Below, one piece after another: positions 1 through 8,410 of a DNA stretch of 64,000 nucleotides. The notes beneath the pieces are model-generated. The model saw nothing but the letters and a program-made list of their open reading frames with translations. It did no database searches and was not told the origin of the DNA. The position numbers and the translations under genes were made by a program. Every line of letters begins with the position of its first letter. Positions within the stretch are counted from its first letter, which is position 1. This DNA is from an uncultured Solirubrobacteraceae bacterium (GTDB lineage Bacteria > Actinomycetota > Thermoleophilia > Solirubrobacterales > Solirubrobacteraceae): contig CAVPXY010000006.1 of assembly GCA_963709885.1 (NCBI GenBank), positions 93,251-157,250 on the forward strand, given 5' to 3'.

Positions 1-575
1 CCAGCCTGCCCGGCGACGAGCTGCGGTGGGGGCGCCACGTTGTTGTGGCCGGACGTCGAGCCAACCCCCTTTGTGACGGTGGTACCCGTTGCCGGCCTTG
101 CCGGCTTGGCGGGCTTGGCGGGCTTGGTCGTGACGTTGCCTTCGGCGTGCTTGGCCCTGACGTGGCGTTCGGCGCGCCTGGCCGGGGTGGTCTTCTGCCT
201 GTTCTGCAGCACCACGGTGGGGGCTTCCGGGGCAGCGCCGGCCGCTGGCGGCGTGCTGGCGTGCGATGCGGTCGAGGTCCCCGAAGGGGAGGGCGGGGGT
301 GGGGGCGTCGTGGGGGTCGTGTTCGACGGGGGGGCCGCGGTCGTTTCCTGGGCCCCCGGACTGCCCGTGGTCACCGGACTCGGGGTGCCTTCCGGGGGGG
401 TGGCCGTCCCCGTGGGCACGGTGGCACCGAGCGCTCCGCCGCTGAGGGGTCCGCCCAGGCTGGCCGCGGTGAGCCCGCCCCCGGCGAGAGCGGACAGCAC
501 CGCCCGCATAGCTCGGCGGCGGGGGCTGTTCATCGGCGGCATGCGCCAAAGTGGCTCATCTTGCGGTCGTCCCAT
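1..575 (-). CDS. Secreted Pro/Thr/Ala-rich protein, 5' part only (runs off the window start)
   Basis: My translation of the minus strand is open from in-frame ATGs at 575/542/533 to base 1: signal-like segment PRRRAMRAVLSALAGGGLTAASLGG, then a low-complexity TTP/KPA linker. Not in the ORF track because there is no stop in the window. Confidence 0.6.
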   Translation of the reverse strand, partial: MGRPQDEPLWRMPPMNSPRRRAMRAVLSALAGGGLTAASLGGPLSGGALGATVPTGTATPPEGTPSPVTTGSPGAQETTAAPPSNTTPTTPPPPPSPSGTSTASHASTPPAAGAAPEAPTVVLQNRQKTTPARRAERHVRAKHAEGNVTTKPAKPAKPARPATGTTVTKGVGSTSGHNNVAPPPQLVAGQA

Positions 576-733
576 GGTCGTGGTCGGCGCTGCAAGCCCA
601 CGCTCGCGGGTACGCCCACCCAAGAGTCTTATCGGCAGGCAATCACAAAGCCGTAAAGGGTTCGTAATCCTGCCCAAAGCGGGCACCGGCCGCCCTTTCG
701 CCCGTCCCGGGATCCTCCTGCCGGTAACGCTCG

Positions 734-787
734 CGGCCAACCACACCACTTCGGCTTGCGGCAAACCACACCAACGGCAAACCACAC
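734..787. repeat. Three 13-bp direct repeats CGGC(A/C)AACCACAC in a divergent promoter region
   Basis: Copies at 734-746, 759-771 and 775-787. Confidence 0.8.
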
Positions 788-818
788 GAACTTCGCTTCA
801 GGATCGGATCCGACGCGG

Positions 819-824
819 TAGTCT
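819..824 (+). promoter_or_regulatory. -10 element TAGTCT of a probable leaderless secG transcript
   Basis: TANNNT hexamer 6 nt upstream of the GTG at 831; no Shine-Dalgarno. Confidence 0.5.
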
Positions 825-830
825 GTCGGC

Positions 831-1064
831 GTGGAAACCATCCTGTCCGTCTTTCAGGTCGCCCTCTCGGTGATCGTCATCTTTCTGGTGCTCATGCACT
901 CCGGTAAGGACTCCGGCCTTTCGGGGGCCTTCGGCGTGGGGACAGGCACGGGACCGCTCGGCGGTGGATCGATGGTTGAGCGCAACCTCAACCGCTGGAC
1001 AATCTTCTTCTCGATCCTGTTCCTCGTGAACGCGATCGTGCTGCTCAAGAGGCCCTGGGCCTGA
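831..1064 (+). CDS. secG: Preprotein translocase subunit SecG
   Basis: 77 aa, two TM helices flanking HSGKDSGLSGAFG; VERNLNRWT motif typical of actinobacterial SecG. Confidence 0.93.
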   Translation: METILSVFQVALSVIVIFLVLMHSGKDSGLSGAFGVGTGTGPLGGGSMVERNLNRWTIFFSILFLVNAIVLLKRPWA

Positions 1065-1332
1065 GAAGCTCGAGCCGCTTGATGATTTCGACCGCTTCGG
1101 CGCGCAGCGCGCCGTCAACGGCCTCATAGTCCTGACGCGAGAGCTTGCCCGTGCGGTAATCGAGCTCGGCGTCGCGGATCTCCCGGTACTTGGCCTCGCG
1201 TGCCACCTCGAGCTCGTGCCGCTCGGCGGGCTCGGGATCGGGCTGACGACGCGCAGCGCGCAGGGGAGCGCTGACCACCAGCACCACAACCGCGAGCAGC
1301 GCCAACGTCAGGATCAGGACCGGTAGGTTCAC
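1045..1332 (-). CDS. Small membrane protein resembling the CcmI/CycH N-terminus
   Basis: GTG at 1332. One TM helix, then AREAKYREIRDAELDYRTGKLSRQDY. Directly downstream of ccmF. Confidence 0.6.
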   Translation of the reverse strand: MNLPVLILTLALLAVVVLVVSAPLRAARRQPDPEPAERHELEVAREAKYREIRDAELDYRTGKLSRQDYEAVDGALRAEAVEIIKRLELLRPRAS

Positions 1333-1399
1333 CCGAGGGCCTCGGCCCGTTTGAGCCCCTCGGTCCGGGCGTCCGGACGCGATCTCGCCATGACCGCGG

Positions 1400-3568
1400 T
1401 CAGGCGCGTGCCAGGCCATGCGCGGCCCGAGCTCGCGAGCGCATGCTGACGCGGCGGCGCACGGCGCTCGGCGTCGGCCAGATCGCGATCAGGCCCCCAC
1501 CGAAGACGACCAGGCCGCCGACCCAGATCCACATCACGAGCGGGGAGACGATGAAGTGGAACTGCGCCGGCGGTGGATGCTGAAGATAGGCGCGGGCCAG
1601 GTAGCCGATCGCCACCACCGCCTCTTCCGGTGGCAGCGTTCGATTGCCGACTGTCACGATCCTCTGCAGGGCAGGGGCTTCAATGTCCGGCTGGATCGCG
1701 GTCCACACGTCGCGCGAGACGCCGGCGTCCATGCTCACGTGGCTGACCGGCTGGCCCCCGATCAGGCTTCCGACCGATCCCTGGCTGGGTTCCTCCGAGG
1801 CGTAGTAGCCCTCGCTCGGCCGGAGCGTGGCTACCTGACGTCCGTGCCTGGTCACGTCGAGCACTGCTCCCAGGCTGAGGGTCGAGCCGGTGTGCGCGGC
1901 ATCGTACCTTGGCGTGATCGTCGCGGTGGGGCGCACGTAGCGGATCGCGTAGGCGCCAACGCGCGTGGACTGACCTGGCGAGAGCGCCAGCTCGGATGCG
2001 TGCTGGAAGGACGAGGACGCGGCGACTCCGATGAACAGGACCGCCATGCCCGTGTGCACGATGTAGCCGCCGTAGCGCCTGCGGTTACGCCGTACGAGCG
2101 CCACCAGCGCGACCGGAGCGGTCTCCTGCGCCATCGCGCGCCGGGCGCGCACACCGCGGACAAACTCCTGCCCGATGCTGCCGAACACGAACGCGCCGCA
2201 GCAGAACATCGCAATTGCAAACGGCTTCTCCCGCACGCCCGCACCCAACAGCGCAGCGAGCGCGAGCAGGGCCAGGACGGCCGGCGCCACGAGGTTGCGC
2301 TGCGCGTTGGCAAGAGTCGCGCGCCGCCAGGCGATCACCGGTCCGATCCCGCTCAACAGCACCAAGACGAGCGCGAGGGGAACCGTGTAGCGATCGAACC
2401 ACGGCGGTCCGACCGAGGCTTCCCGGCCCGTGAGTGCCTCGGAGATCAGCGGGAAGTATGTACCCCAGAAGATCACGAAGCACAGCCCCACGAGCACCAG
2501 GTTGTTGGCGAGGAAGATCGACTCGCGGGACAACAACGAGTCCAGTCGGTGCTCGGAGCGCAGCATGTCACGACGCGAAACGACGAGGTAAATTGAGCCG
2601 GCGATGAGCGCCGCGATGAGCGCGACGAACGGAACGCCGAGGGTCGCGCCGCCGAAGGCGTGGATCGAGTTGAGGACCCCGCTGCGCACCAGGAAGGTGC
2701 CCATGATTGCGAGGGTGCCCGTTGCCAGCACCAGCGAGACGTTCCACACCTTCAGCATCCCGCGCCGCTCCTGGATCATTAGCGAGTGCAGGAACGCCGT
2801 GCCCGTGAGCCAGGGCATCAACGACGCGTTCTCGACCGCGTCCCAGCCCCAGTAGCCACCCCAGCCGAGCTCCGAATAGGACCAGCGGGCGCCCAGCAGG
2901 ATGCCAATCCCCAGGAACAGCCAGGCGGCGAACGCGAAGCGGCGCGTGGCCCTGATCCACTCGGCGTCCATTCGGCGTGCCAGCAGCGCCCCCATGCCGA
3001 AGGCAAGCGGGATCGTGCACAGCGTGTACCCCGAGTAGAGCATCGGCGGGTGGATGACCATCGTCGGAAAGCGCAACAGCGGATCGAGCCCCACGCCTTC
3101 GGCCGGCGCCGGGCTGGTGGTTGCGAATGGAGTCGCGTAGAACACCATCAAGGCGATGAAGAACCCTCCGAAGCCGAGCAGGATCGCCGTCGCGTAGGCG
3201 GCCACGTCGCGCATGCGCCTTCGGGTGAGAAACAGCGCGAGGCTCGCCCACAACGACATTAGCCAGGCCCACAGCAGCAGCGAGCCTTCTTGGGAGGACC
3301 ACACAGCGGCGGCCTTGTAGAGCACCGGCGTGGTCCGGCTGGAGGTGTCGGCGACCGTGTTGAAGGCGAAGTCGTTGCGCAGGAACGCGATCTCGAGCAC
3401 GACGAACGCCACCGTCAGGATCCCCGCCAGCGCATACACCGACCGGCGCGCGGACTCCGAGAACTCCGCCCGCCCGCTGCGCACGCCATACAGCGAGGCG
3501 AAGATGCCGTACGCGCACACGACGAGCGCCAGCAGCAGGCAGGCACGCCCGAGCGCGGCCATCAGCAC
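1400..3568 (-). CDS. ccmF: Cytochrome c-type biogenesis heme lyase CcmF
   Basis: WWD motif WGGYWGWDAVEN, HPPMLY, SIHAF and GGYIVH; many TM segments. Confidence 0.95.
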   Translation of the reverse strand: MLMAALGRACLLLALVVCAYGIFASLYGVRSGRAEFSESARRSVYALAGILTVAFVVLEIAFLRNDFAFNTVADTSSRTTPVLYKAAAVWSSQEGSLLLWAWLMSLWASLALFLTRRRMRDVAAYATAILLGFGGFFIALMVFYATPFATTSPAPAEGVGLDPLLRFPTMVIHPPMLYSGYTLCTIPLAFGMGALLARRMDAEWIRATRRFAFAAWLFLGIGILLGARWSYSELGWGGYWGWDAVENASLMPWLTGTAFLHSLMIQERRGMLKVWNVSLVLATGTLAIMGTFLVRSGVLNSIHAFGGATLGVPFVALIAALIAGSIYLVVSRRDMLRSEHRLDSLLSRESIFLANNLVLVGLCFVIFWGTYFPLISEALTGREASVGPPWFDRYTVPLALVLVLLSGIGPVIAWRRATLANAQRNLVAPAVLALLALAALLGAGVREKPFAIAMFCCGAFVFGSIGQEFVRGVRARRAMAQETAPVALVALVRRNRRRYGGYIVHTGMAVLFIGVAASSSFQHASELALSPGQSTRVGAYAIRYVRPTATITPRYDAAHTGSTLSLGAVLDVTRHGRQVATLRPSEGYYASEEPSQGSVGSLIGGQPVSHVSMDAGVSRDVWTAIQPDIEAPALQRIVTVGNRTLPPEEAVVAIGYLARAYLQHPPPAQFHFIVSPLVMWIWVGGLVVFGGGLIAIWPTPSAVRRRVSMRSRARAAHGLARA

Positions 3569-3609
3569 CTACTGTCTGTGTGGGGGGCGGGCAGCACGAG
3601 CGCCGGCAC

Positions 3610-4026
3610 TCAGTAGCTCTGCTTCTCGCTGGGCGGGGCGTTCTTGTACTTGGAAGGGCACTTGGTGATCAGCGAGTCGCGTTCGCCGACGTACCGGCCG
3701 CCCTGCGCCTCCACGGTGACGATCACCTCGCGTCCTTCGCGGAAAGGGTCCGGCACGGTGCCGGTGTAGACCACTGGAATCGCGGTCCCGCCTGCCCTAT
3801 CCTCCACGCCGAAGTCAAGGACGGCCCCTTCGCGGTGAACCGACCCTTTGACGACGGTGCCGGTCAGCTGGTAGCTGCGGCCCGGCTGCGCCAGGCGGAT
3901 CAGCTGGCTGGGGCTGAGAGCCGGGCTCGCGGCGCTGAAGCTGGTGTAGATCAGCGCGCTCGCCAGCACGACAGCCGCGCTCAACGCCACAATCAGGCGC
4001 ACCGTTCGCTTGCGCGCGGGGTTCAT
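3610..4026 (-). CDS. ccmE: Heme chaperone CcmE, Cys-type (CxxxY)
   Basis: Start MNPARKR at 4026, N-terminal TM, YTGTVPDPFREG, and TKCPSKY heme-binding motif. Confidence 0.92.
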   Translation of the reverse strand: MNPARKRTVRLIVALSAAVVLASALIYTSFSAASPALSPSQLIRLAQPGRSYQLTGTVVKGSVHREGAVLDFGVEDRAGGTAIPVVYTGTVPDPFREGREVIVTVEAQGGRYVGERDSLITKCPSKYKNAPPSEKQSY

Positions 4027-4144
4027 CGCCGCCAAGTATCTCAAACCCCGTCCTCCCCGTCCCCGCCTGTTTCGCGCTCCCGGCGTCCCCCAGAGCCATG
4101 GCCAGGGGCCCCGGCCGGCTGCTGGGCGTAGGAATTCGTGCCTG

Positions 4145-4184
4145 CAAAGCGAAACCTTCGGGCACAAAGCGAAACCTTCGGGCA
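4145..4184. repeat. Perfect 20-bp tandem duplication CAAAGCGAAACCTTCGGGCA x2
   Basis: Copies at 4145-4164 and 4165-4184, between divergent ccmE and the small Zn-ribbon gene. Confidence 0.9.
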
Positions 4185-4210
4185 TGCGGAGAGTCTCTAC
4201 GGGCAGAGCC

Positions 4211-4462
4211 ATGAAAGCAGGCATCCCCCACCCCCTCCGCCAGCGGCGACACGCACGCAGGCGTCCGGGCGAGCAGGCACCGAGGACCGTACATGCCGGG
4301 ACGCCCGTGCTGGAACCGTCCGACCTCGCGGTCCAGCGCGTGCGCGAGGCCGGCGGCCCGGCCGATCAAGCCTCCTACAACTGCGAGTGCGGTTGCGTAT
4401 TCCTAGCGCCGGTGTCCACCACCGTGAAGTGCCCACGCTGCCACGCCGCACAGGCGTGGTAG
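4211..4462 (+). CDS. Small putative zinc-ribbon protein
   Basis: 83 aa from ATG 4211; C-terminal CECG-x12-CPRC motif ending AQAW. Confidence 0.65.
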   Translation: MKAGIPHPLRQRRHARRRPGEQAPRTVHAGTPVLEPSDLAVQRVREAGGPADQASYNCECGCVFLAPVSTTVKCPRCHAAQAW

Positions 4463-4734
4463 AGCTCACCTGCTCCCCGCGCGAACGCGACGTTCAGCCT
4501 GGTAATCTGGCCTGTGTCCCCCCCGGCCCAGGCCGGGAGACGCGGGCCATGTAGACGCACCTGACGCTTCTTTCTCACCTCCTCCGCCCGGGGAGGGTGG
4601 CGACTTCCTCCCCGGGTCTTCCTGACGGTTGGACTTGGCCCGCGGGGTGCCTCGGGCTGGCCCCATCGACCACCCGATCCCACCGGGCTCAGACGGGAGA
4701 CGAGGCTCGGCGCTGGCTTGGAGCTCGCCTTTGC

Positions 4735-4862
4735 ATAAACGAGGCGCGGGGACACCGAGGGGGGGACGTCCCCGCGCCCGTTCCAGCGCGCGGGAGGAAG
4801 GAGCCGAACCTCCGCGCTGCCCTGAACGGTCGCCGAGGAGGAGGCGGCAACCGTCCAAGCTC
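4735..4862 (-). ncRNA. Candidate three-hairpin sRNA with C-rich (anti-SD) loops
   Basis: Hairpins at 4821-4859 (15 bp, three G-U pairs only on the minus strand, loop CCUCCUCCU), 4784-4819 (loop UUCGGCUCCUU) and 4743-4778 (perfect 11 bp, loop GUCCCCCCCUCGGU), followed by UCGUUUAU. No credible ORF. Confidence 0.5.
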
Positions 4863-5320
4863 TTCAAGGTTGGCCACCGAACGCGTCAAGAAGCCCAGCC
4901 AGGCGCTTGGGATCGGGATGGAGAGCACGTCATCCAATCGGTCGCGCGCCGTCGCCGGGTGGGTTCTTGGCTAGCATCTCGCATCCCTTCTGACGAGGTG
5001 GCTGCACGGACCAAAACGCGACGGCCAGCTTGTGACCACGAACTCGCTCCGCTCTCTGAAGTGCAACCCCCAGCACGGCCGTGGCCCCGCATAGGATCGC
5101 TGTGCGCCGGACCATAGTCACGCGCAAGCGCCCTGTGAAGTGCTCGCTCCGGCTTTTGATCGCTAACTGCGGAATCTTGTAGACAGACGTGCGTTGGTTT
5201 CGTCCGAAAGGTCTGACTTTGGCCAGCGTCCCGCGCCGCTTGACCGCATGGCGAGCCTTCCTCCTCGACGGTCCCTCGAAGGCTTCCGCGCGGTCGAAAT
5301 CGCCGAGCCCGAATAGGGCC

Positions 5321-6632
5321 CTACTTGATGTGCATGCCAGAGATCGCTCGCGCGATCACGAGCTGCTGGATCTCCGCAGTGCCCTCGAAGATGTCGTATA
5401 TCTTCGCGTCGCGGTGCCAGCGCTCGACGGGGAACTCGCGCGCGTAGCCGTTGCCGCCGAGGATCTGGATCGCGCGCTCGGTCACCCACACGGCGACCTC
5501 GCCGGCCTTCAGCTTGCTCATCGAACCCTCAGCGTTCTCGAACTGCACTTGGTTGCGTCCCATCCATGAGGCGCGCCAGACGAGCAGGCGGGCCGCGTCG
5601 ATCTCCATCTTCATGCGGGCCAGGGTGAACGCGATCGATTGATTCTCGATGATCATCCTGCCGAACTGCTCGCGCTCCTTGGCGTACTGGAGCGAGTACT
5701 CATAGGCGGCGCGAGCGATCCCCAGCGCCTGGGCGCCGACCGTCGGACGGGAGGACTCGAACGTCTGCATTGCGGCCTGAGACGTTGCCCTTCTTGCCCT
5801 CGCGCACCCGGGCGAGGCGCGCGTCGAGCTTGTCCTTGCCGCCGAGCACGTATCCGGAGGGGACGCGACAGTCGTCGAGAAACACGTCGGCGGTGTGCGA
5901 GGCGCGCAATCCGTGCTTGGACACCTTCGAGCCCTGGGTGATGCCCTTGGCTTCGCTCATCGGCACCACGAACGCGGCGTGACCGCGCGAGCCCAGCTCG
6001 CGATCGACCGATGCGATGACTACGTGCACGTCGGAGATGCCCCCGTTCGTAGCCCACGCCTTCTGGCCGTTTATCACCCACTCGTTCGCAGCCTTGTCGA
6101 ACTTGGCGGTCGTACGCACGCCGGAGATGTCCGAGCCGGCGTTGGGCTCGGACGCACAGAACGCTGCGACCTTGACATCGTCCTGCGTGCCGAAGCAGCG
6201 GGGGATCCACTCGCCGATCTGCCCGCCGGTTCCCTGGCCGAAGATTGCGGCGACAGCCAGGGTGGTTCCCATGATCGACATGCCGATGCCGGCGTCTCCC
6301 CAGAACAGCTCCTCGTTGACGATCGGCAGACCCAGGCCGGTGGGGTCCGCGAAGAACTGTGCAACGCCCTCGTACCCGTACAGGCCGATCTTCGCAGCCT
6401 CCTGGATGATCGGCCAGGGGGTCTGCTCGCGCTCGTCCCACTCGTGGGCGGCCGGACGAACCACGTCGGCGGCGAAACCGTGGACCCAGTCGCGGATATC
6501 CTTCTGGTCCTGGTTCAACTCCAGCGAGAAGCTCACCTCCTGGCCCGCCGCGTCGGCGATCGACTCCACGGCGGCCTCCACCGCTTGAGCTGCCTCGGGG
6601 CTGGCGACTGAGGATGTGACCGGAGCTGGCAT
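5321..6632 (-). CDS. Acyl-CoA dehydrogenase, one frameshift near 5781
   Basis: SEPNAGSD and INGQKAWATNG in ORF 5700..6833; QILGGNGY and IFEGTAEIQ in ORF 5321..5770. Removing one base (GTC[T]CAG) joins them. AGGAG RBS before ATG 6632. Confidence 0.9.
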
Positions 6633-6698
6633 CGGGCGGAGTCTCCTTAGATGGCTGGCGTCGCCAGTATGGACAAGCTTCAGCCTACCGTTAAGCGA

Positions 6699-6759
6699 CC
6701 CCACGCGAACGTCCTGCGTACCTCCTTGCGACCGTCCGGCGGGCCCCACGCGAACGTCC
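6699..6759. repeat. 16-bp direct repeat CCCCACGCGAACGTCC x2
   Basis: Copies at 6699-6714 and 6744-6759, upstream of the acyl-CoA dehydrogenase. Confidence 0.8.
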
Positions 6760-6880
6760 GGCGCCAGCCAAGATGAGCCGACAGGCAGTCCGCGCGATGG
6801 TCCTCGCGTCCAAGATGCGGACCCATCGCGCATCGCCCAGCGCCACTCAGCGGCCTCGTAGAACCTGTTTGAAAGGACTC

Positions 6881-7339
6881 CTAGCGCGTGTGCCAGGCTT
6901 CCTCTTGGCGAGTCAAAGCCGTGATCTCCTTCGGCAGTTTGCCCGAGGCAACGTCCGCAAGCGTGACGTGCTCGAGGACTTTGCGCAGGTTGGCGCGCAG
7001 CGCGAGCCAGACTTGCTGCAGTGATTCCGCCGAGCCGTCGTATTCGATCTCCTCCGGGCGCTGCCCGCGCACTCCGACCAACGGACCCTCGACGGCACGG
7101 ATGACCTGCGCGAGGTTGACCTCCGCAGGTGGGCGGGCCAGCCAGTAGCCGCCTTCAGGACCGCGCTGGCTGCGGACGATCCCGGAGGAGCGCAGTTGCG
7201 TGAGGATGTTCTCCAGAAAGGACACGGGGATGTCTTGGGCCCGCGCGATCTGGTCCACCTTGCGAGGAGATGCCTGGCTGCTGTCAGCCAACTCCACGAC
7301 GGCCCGAATGGCGTAGTCGGCCTTCGCGGTGACATGCAT
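6881..7339 (-). CDS. Rrf2 family transcriptional regulator (no Fe-S cysteines)
   Basis: KADYAIRAV, FLENIL, SQRGPEGGYWLAR and IRAVEG; no Cys in the protein. Confidence 0.93.
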   Translation of the reverse strand: MHVTAKADYAIRAVVELADSSQASPRKVDQIARAQDIPVSFLENILTQLRSSGIVRSQRGPEGGYWLARPPAEVNLAQVIRAVEGPLVGVRGQRPEEIEYDGSAESLQQVWLALRANLRKVLEHVTLADVASGKLPKEITALTRQEEAWHTR

Positions 7340-7356
7340 GCGGGGATTCTCCCGGA

Positions 7357-7452
7357 AAGCCCGGCGGACGGGACCGTGACCCGCATCTCAAGCAGTGCGG
7401 TCGAGAAGCCCGGCGGACGGGACCGGGCCCCGAATCTCGAGCAGTGTGGTAG
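7357..7452. repeat. Imperfect ~49-bp tandem duplication resembling the tRNA-Gly 3' half
   Basis: AAGCCCGGCGGACGGGACCG...ATCTC(A/G)AGCAGTG at 7357-7405 and 7406-7452. Confidence 0.8.
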
Positions 7453-7453
7453 A

Positions 7454-7471
7454 AGTTAGGGGTACCTAACT
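7454..7471. promoter_or_regulatory. Palindromic operator, DtxR/MntR-family-like box
   Basis: AGTTAGG-GGTA-CCTAACT, perfect 7-bp arms, 28 bp upstream of a ZIP metal transporter. Confidence 0.7.
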
Positions 7472-7499
7472 AGGCGGGCAAACCCAAGAAAAGGTGCGG

Positions 7500-8363
7500 A
7501 TGGGTTTCGGCGAAACGGTTGCGCTGGGCGCGATTGCCGGCTTTACGATCTACCTCGGCCTGCCGCTGGGACGGGTCAAGCGGATCGACGATCGGATGCG
7601 CGTGGGCCTGGCGATGTTCTCGGTGGGGATTCTCGCGTTCATCTTCATGGATGTGACCAAGCACGGCGAGGCGATCCTCGAAACGGCGTTGGCGCAGTTC
7701 AAGGCCCACACCACCGGCTTTGGTCACGTGCTCGGCCTGTTCGGCCTGCTCGCGGTCGGCTTCACCGTCGGGACCGCCGGCATCTCCGCCATCGAGCGGA
7801 GACTGCGCTCACGTCGGAGCCCGCCTGCTCCGATCGCCGGGGGCGAGGCCGCGGCGGCCCTCGGAGCCGACCCGGTCAGGCCATCGGGGCAGGAAGGCGC
7901 GGACGCACGGCAACGCGCCATGCAGACCGGCATTGTGATCGCGGCGGCCATCGGCCTGCACAACTTCGCCGAGGGCCTTGCGATCGGGGTGTCCGCGAGA
8001 GCCGGCGCGATCGGTCTGGCGACGGTGCTGATCATCGGCTTCGGACTGCACAACGCGACCGAGGGCTTCGGCATCGTAGGCCCGCTGGGCGGCCAGCGAC
8101 CGTCGTGGTTGTGGCTGGGTCTGGCCGGGTTGATCGCCGGCGGCCCGACATTGCTCGGCACCATCGTCGGCTATCAGGTCCACTCGAGTCCACTGGAGCT
8201 GATGTTCTACGCCCTGGCGGGGGGCGCGATCCTGTACGTGATCGGCGAGATCTGGATCGGAATGCGCCGATACGGGTATCGCACCTTCGGGCTTTACCTG
8301 CTCGCCGCGGGCTTCCTCGCCGGCGTGGCAACCGACCTGGTCGTCTCCTACGGCGGAGGATGA
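7500..8363 (+). CDS. ZIP family divalent metal transporter
   Basis: HNFAEGLAIG and LHNATEG ZIP signatures; multiple TMs. Confidence 0.92.
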   Translation: MGFGETVALGAIAGFTIYLGLPLGRVKRIDDRMRVGLAMFSVGILAFIFMDVTKHGEAILETALAQFKAHTTGFGHVLGLFGLLAVGFTVGTAGISAIERRLRSRRSPPAPIAGGEAAAALGADPVRPSGQEGADARQRAMQTGIVIAAAIGLHNFAEGLAIGVSARAGAIGLATVLIIGFGLHNATEGFGIVGPLGGQRPSWLWLGLAGLIAGGPTLLGTIVGYQVHSSPLELMFYALAGGAILYVIGEIWIGMRRYGYRTFGLYLLAAGFLAGVATDLVVSYGGG

Positions 8364-8410
8364 CGCCGCTGTACGGGCTCGAGTAGCCCAGCGACGCGAC
8401 GGCTCGATCG

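Noticed and set aside
575-830. c-di-AMP (ydaO) riboswitch upstream of the secreted protein
   Set aside because: I could not find the conserved GAAUC, GGAAC and CAGCUAAC blocks on the minus strand.
4930-4977. Leader peptide MLAKNPPGDGARPIG on the minus strand
   Set aside because: It has a weak SD but no control-codon run and no downstream gene to attenuate.
4462-5320. RNase P, tmRNA or SRP RNA in the long intergenic gap
   Set aside because: Hallmark motifs (GAGGAAAGUCC, tRNA-like ends, the SRP GGAA tetraloop context) are absent; only a partial GAGGAAGTC occurs.
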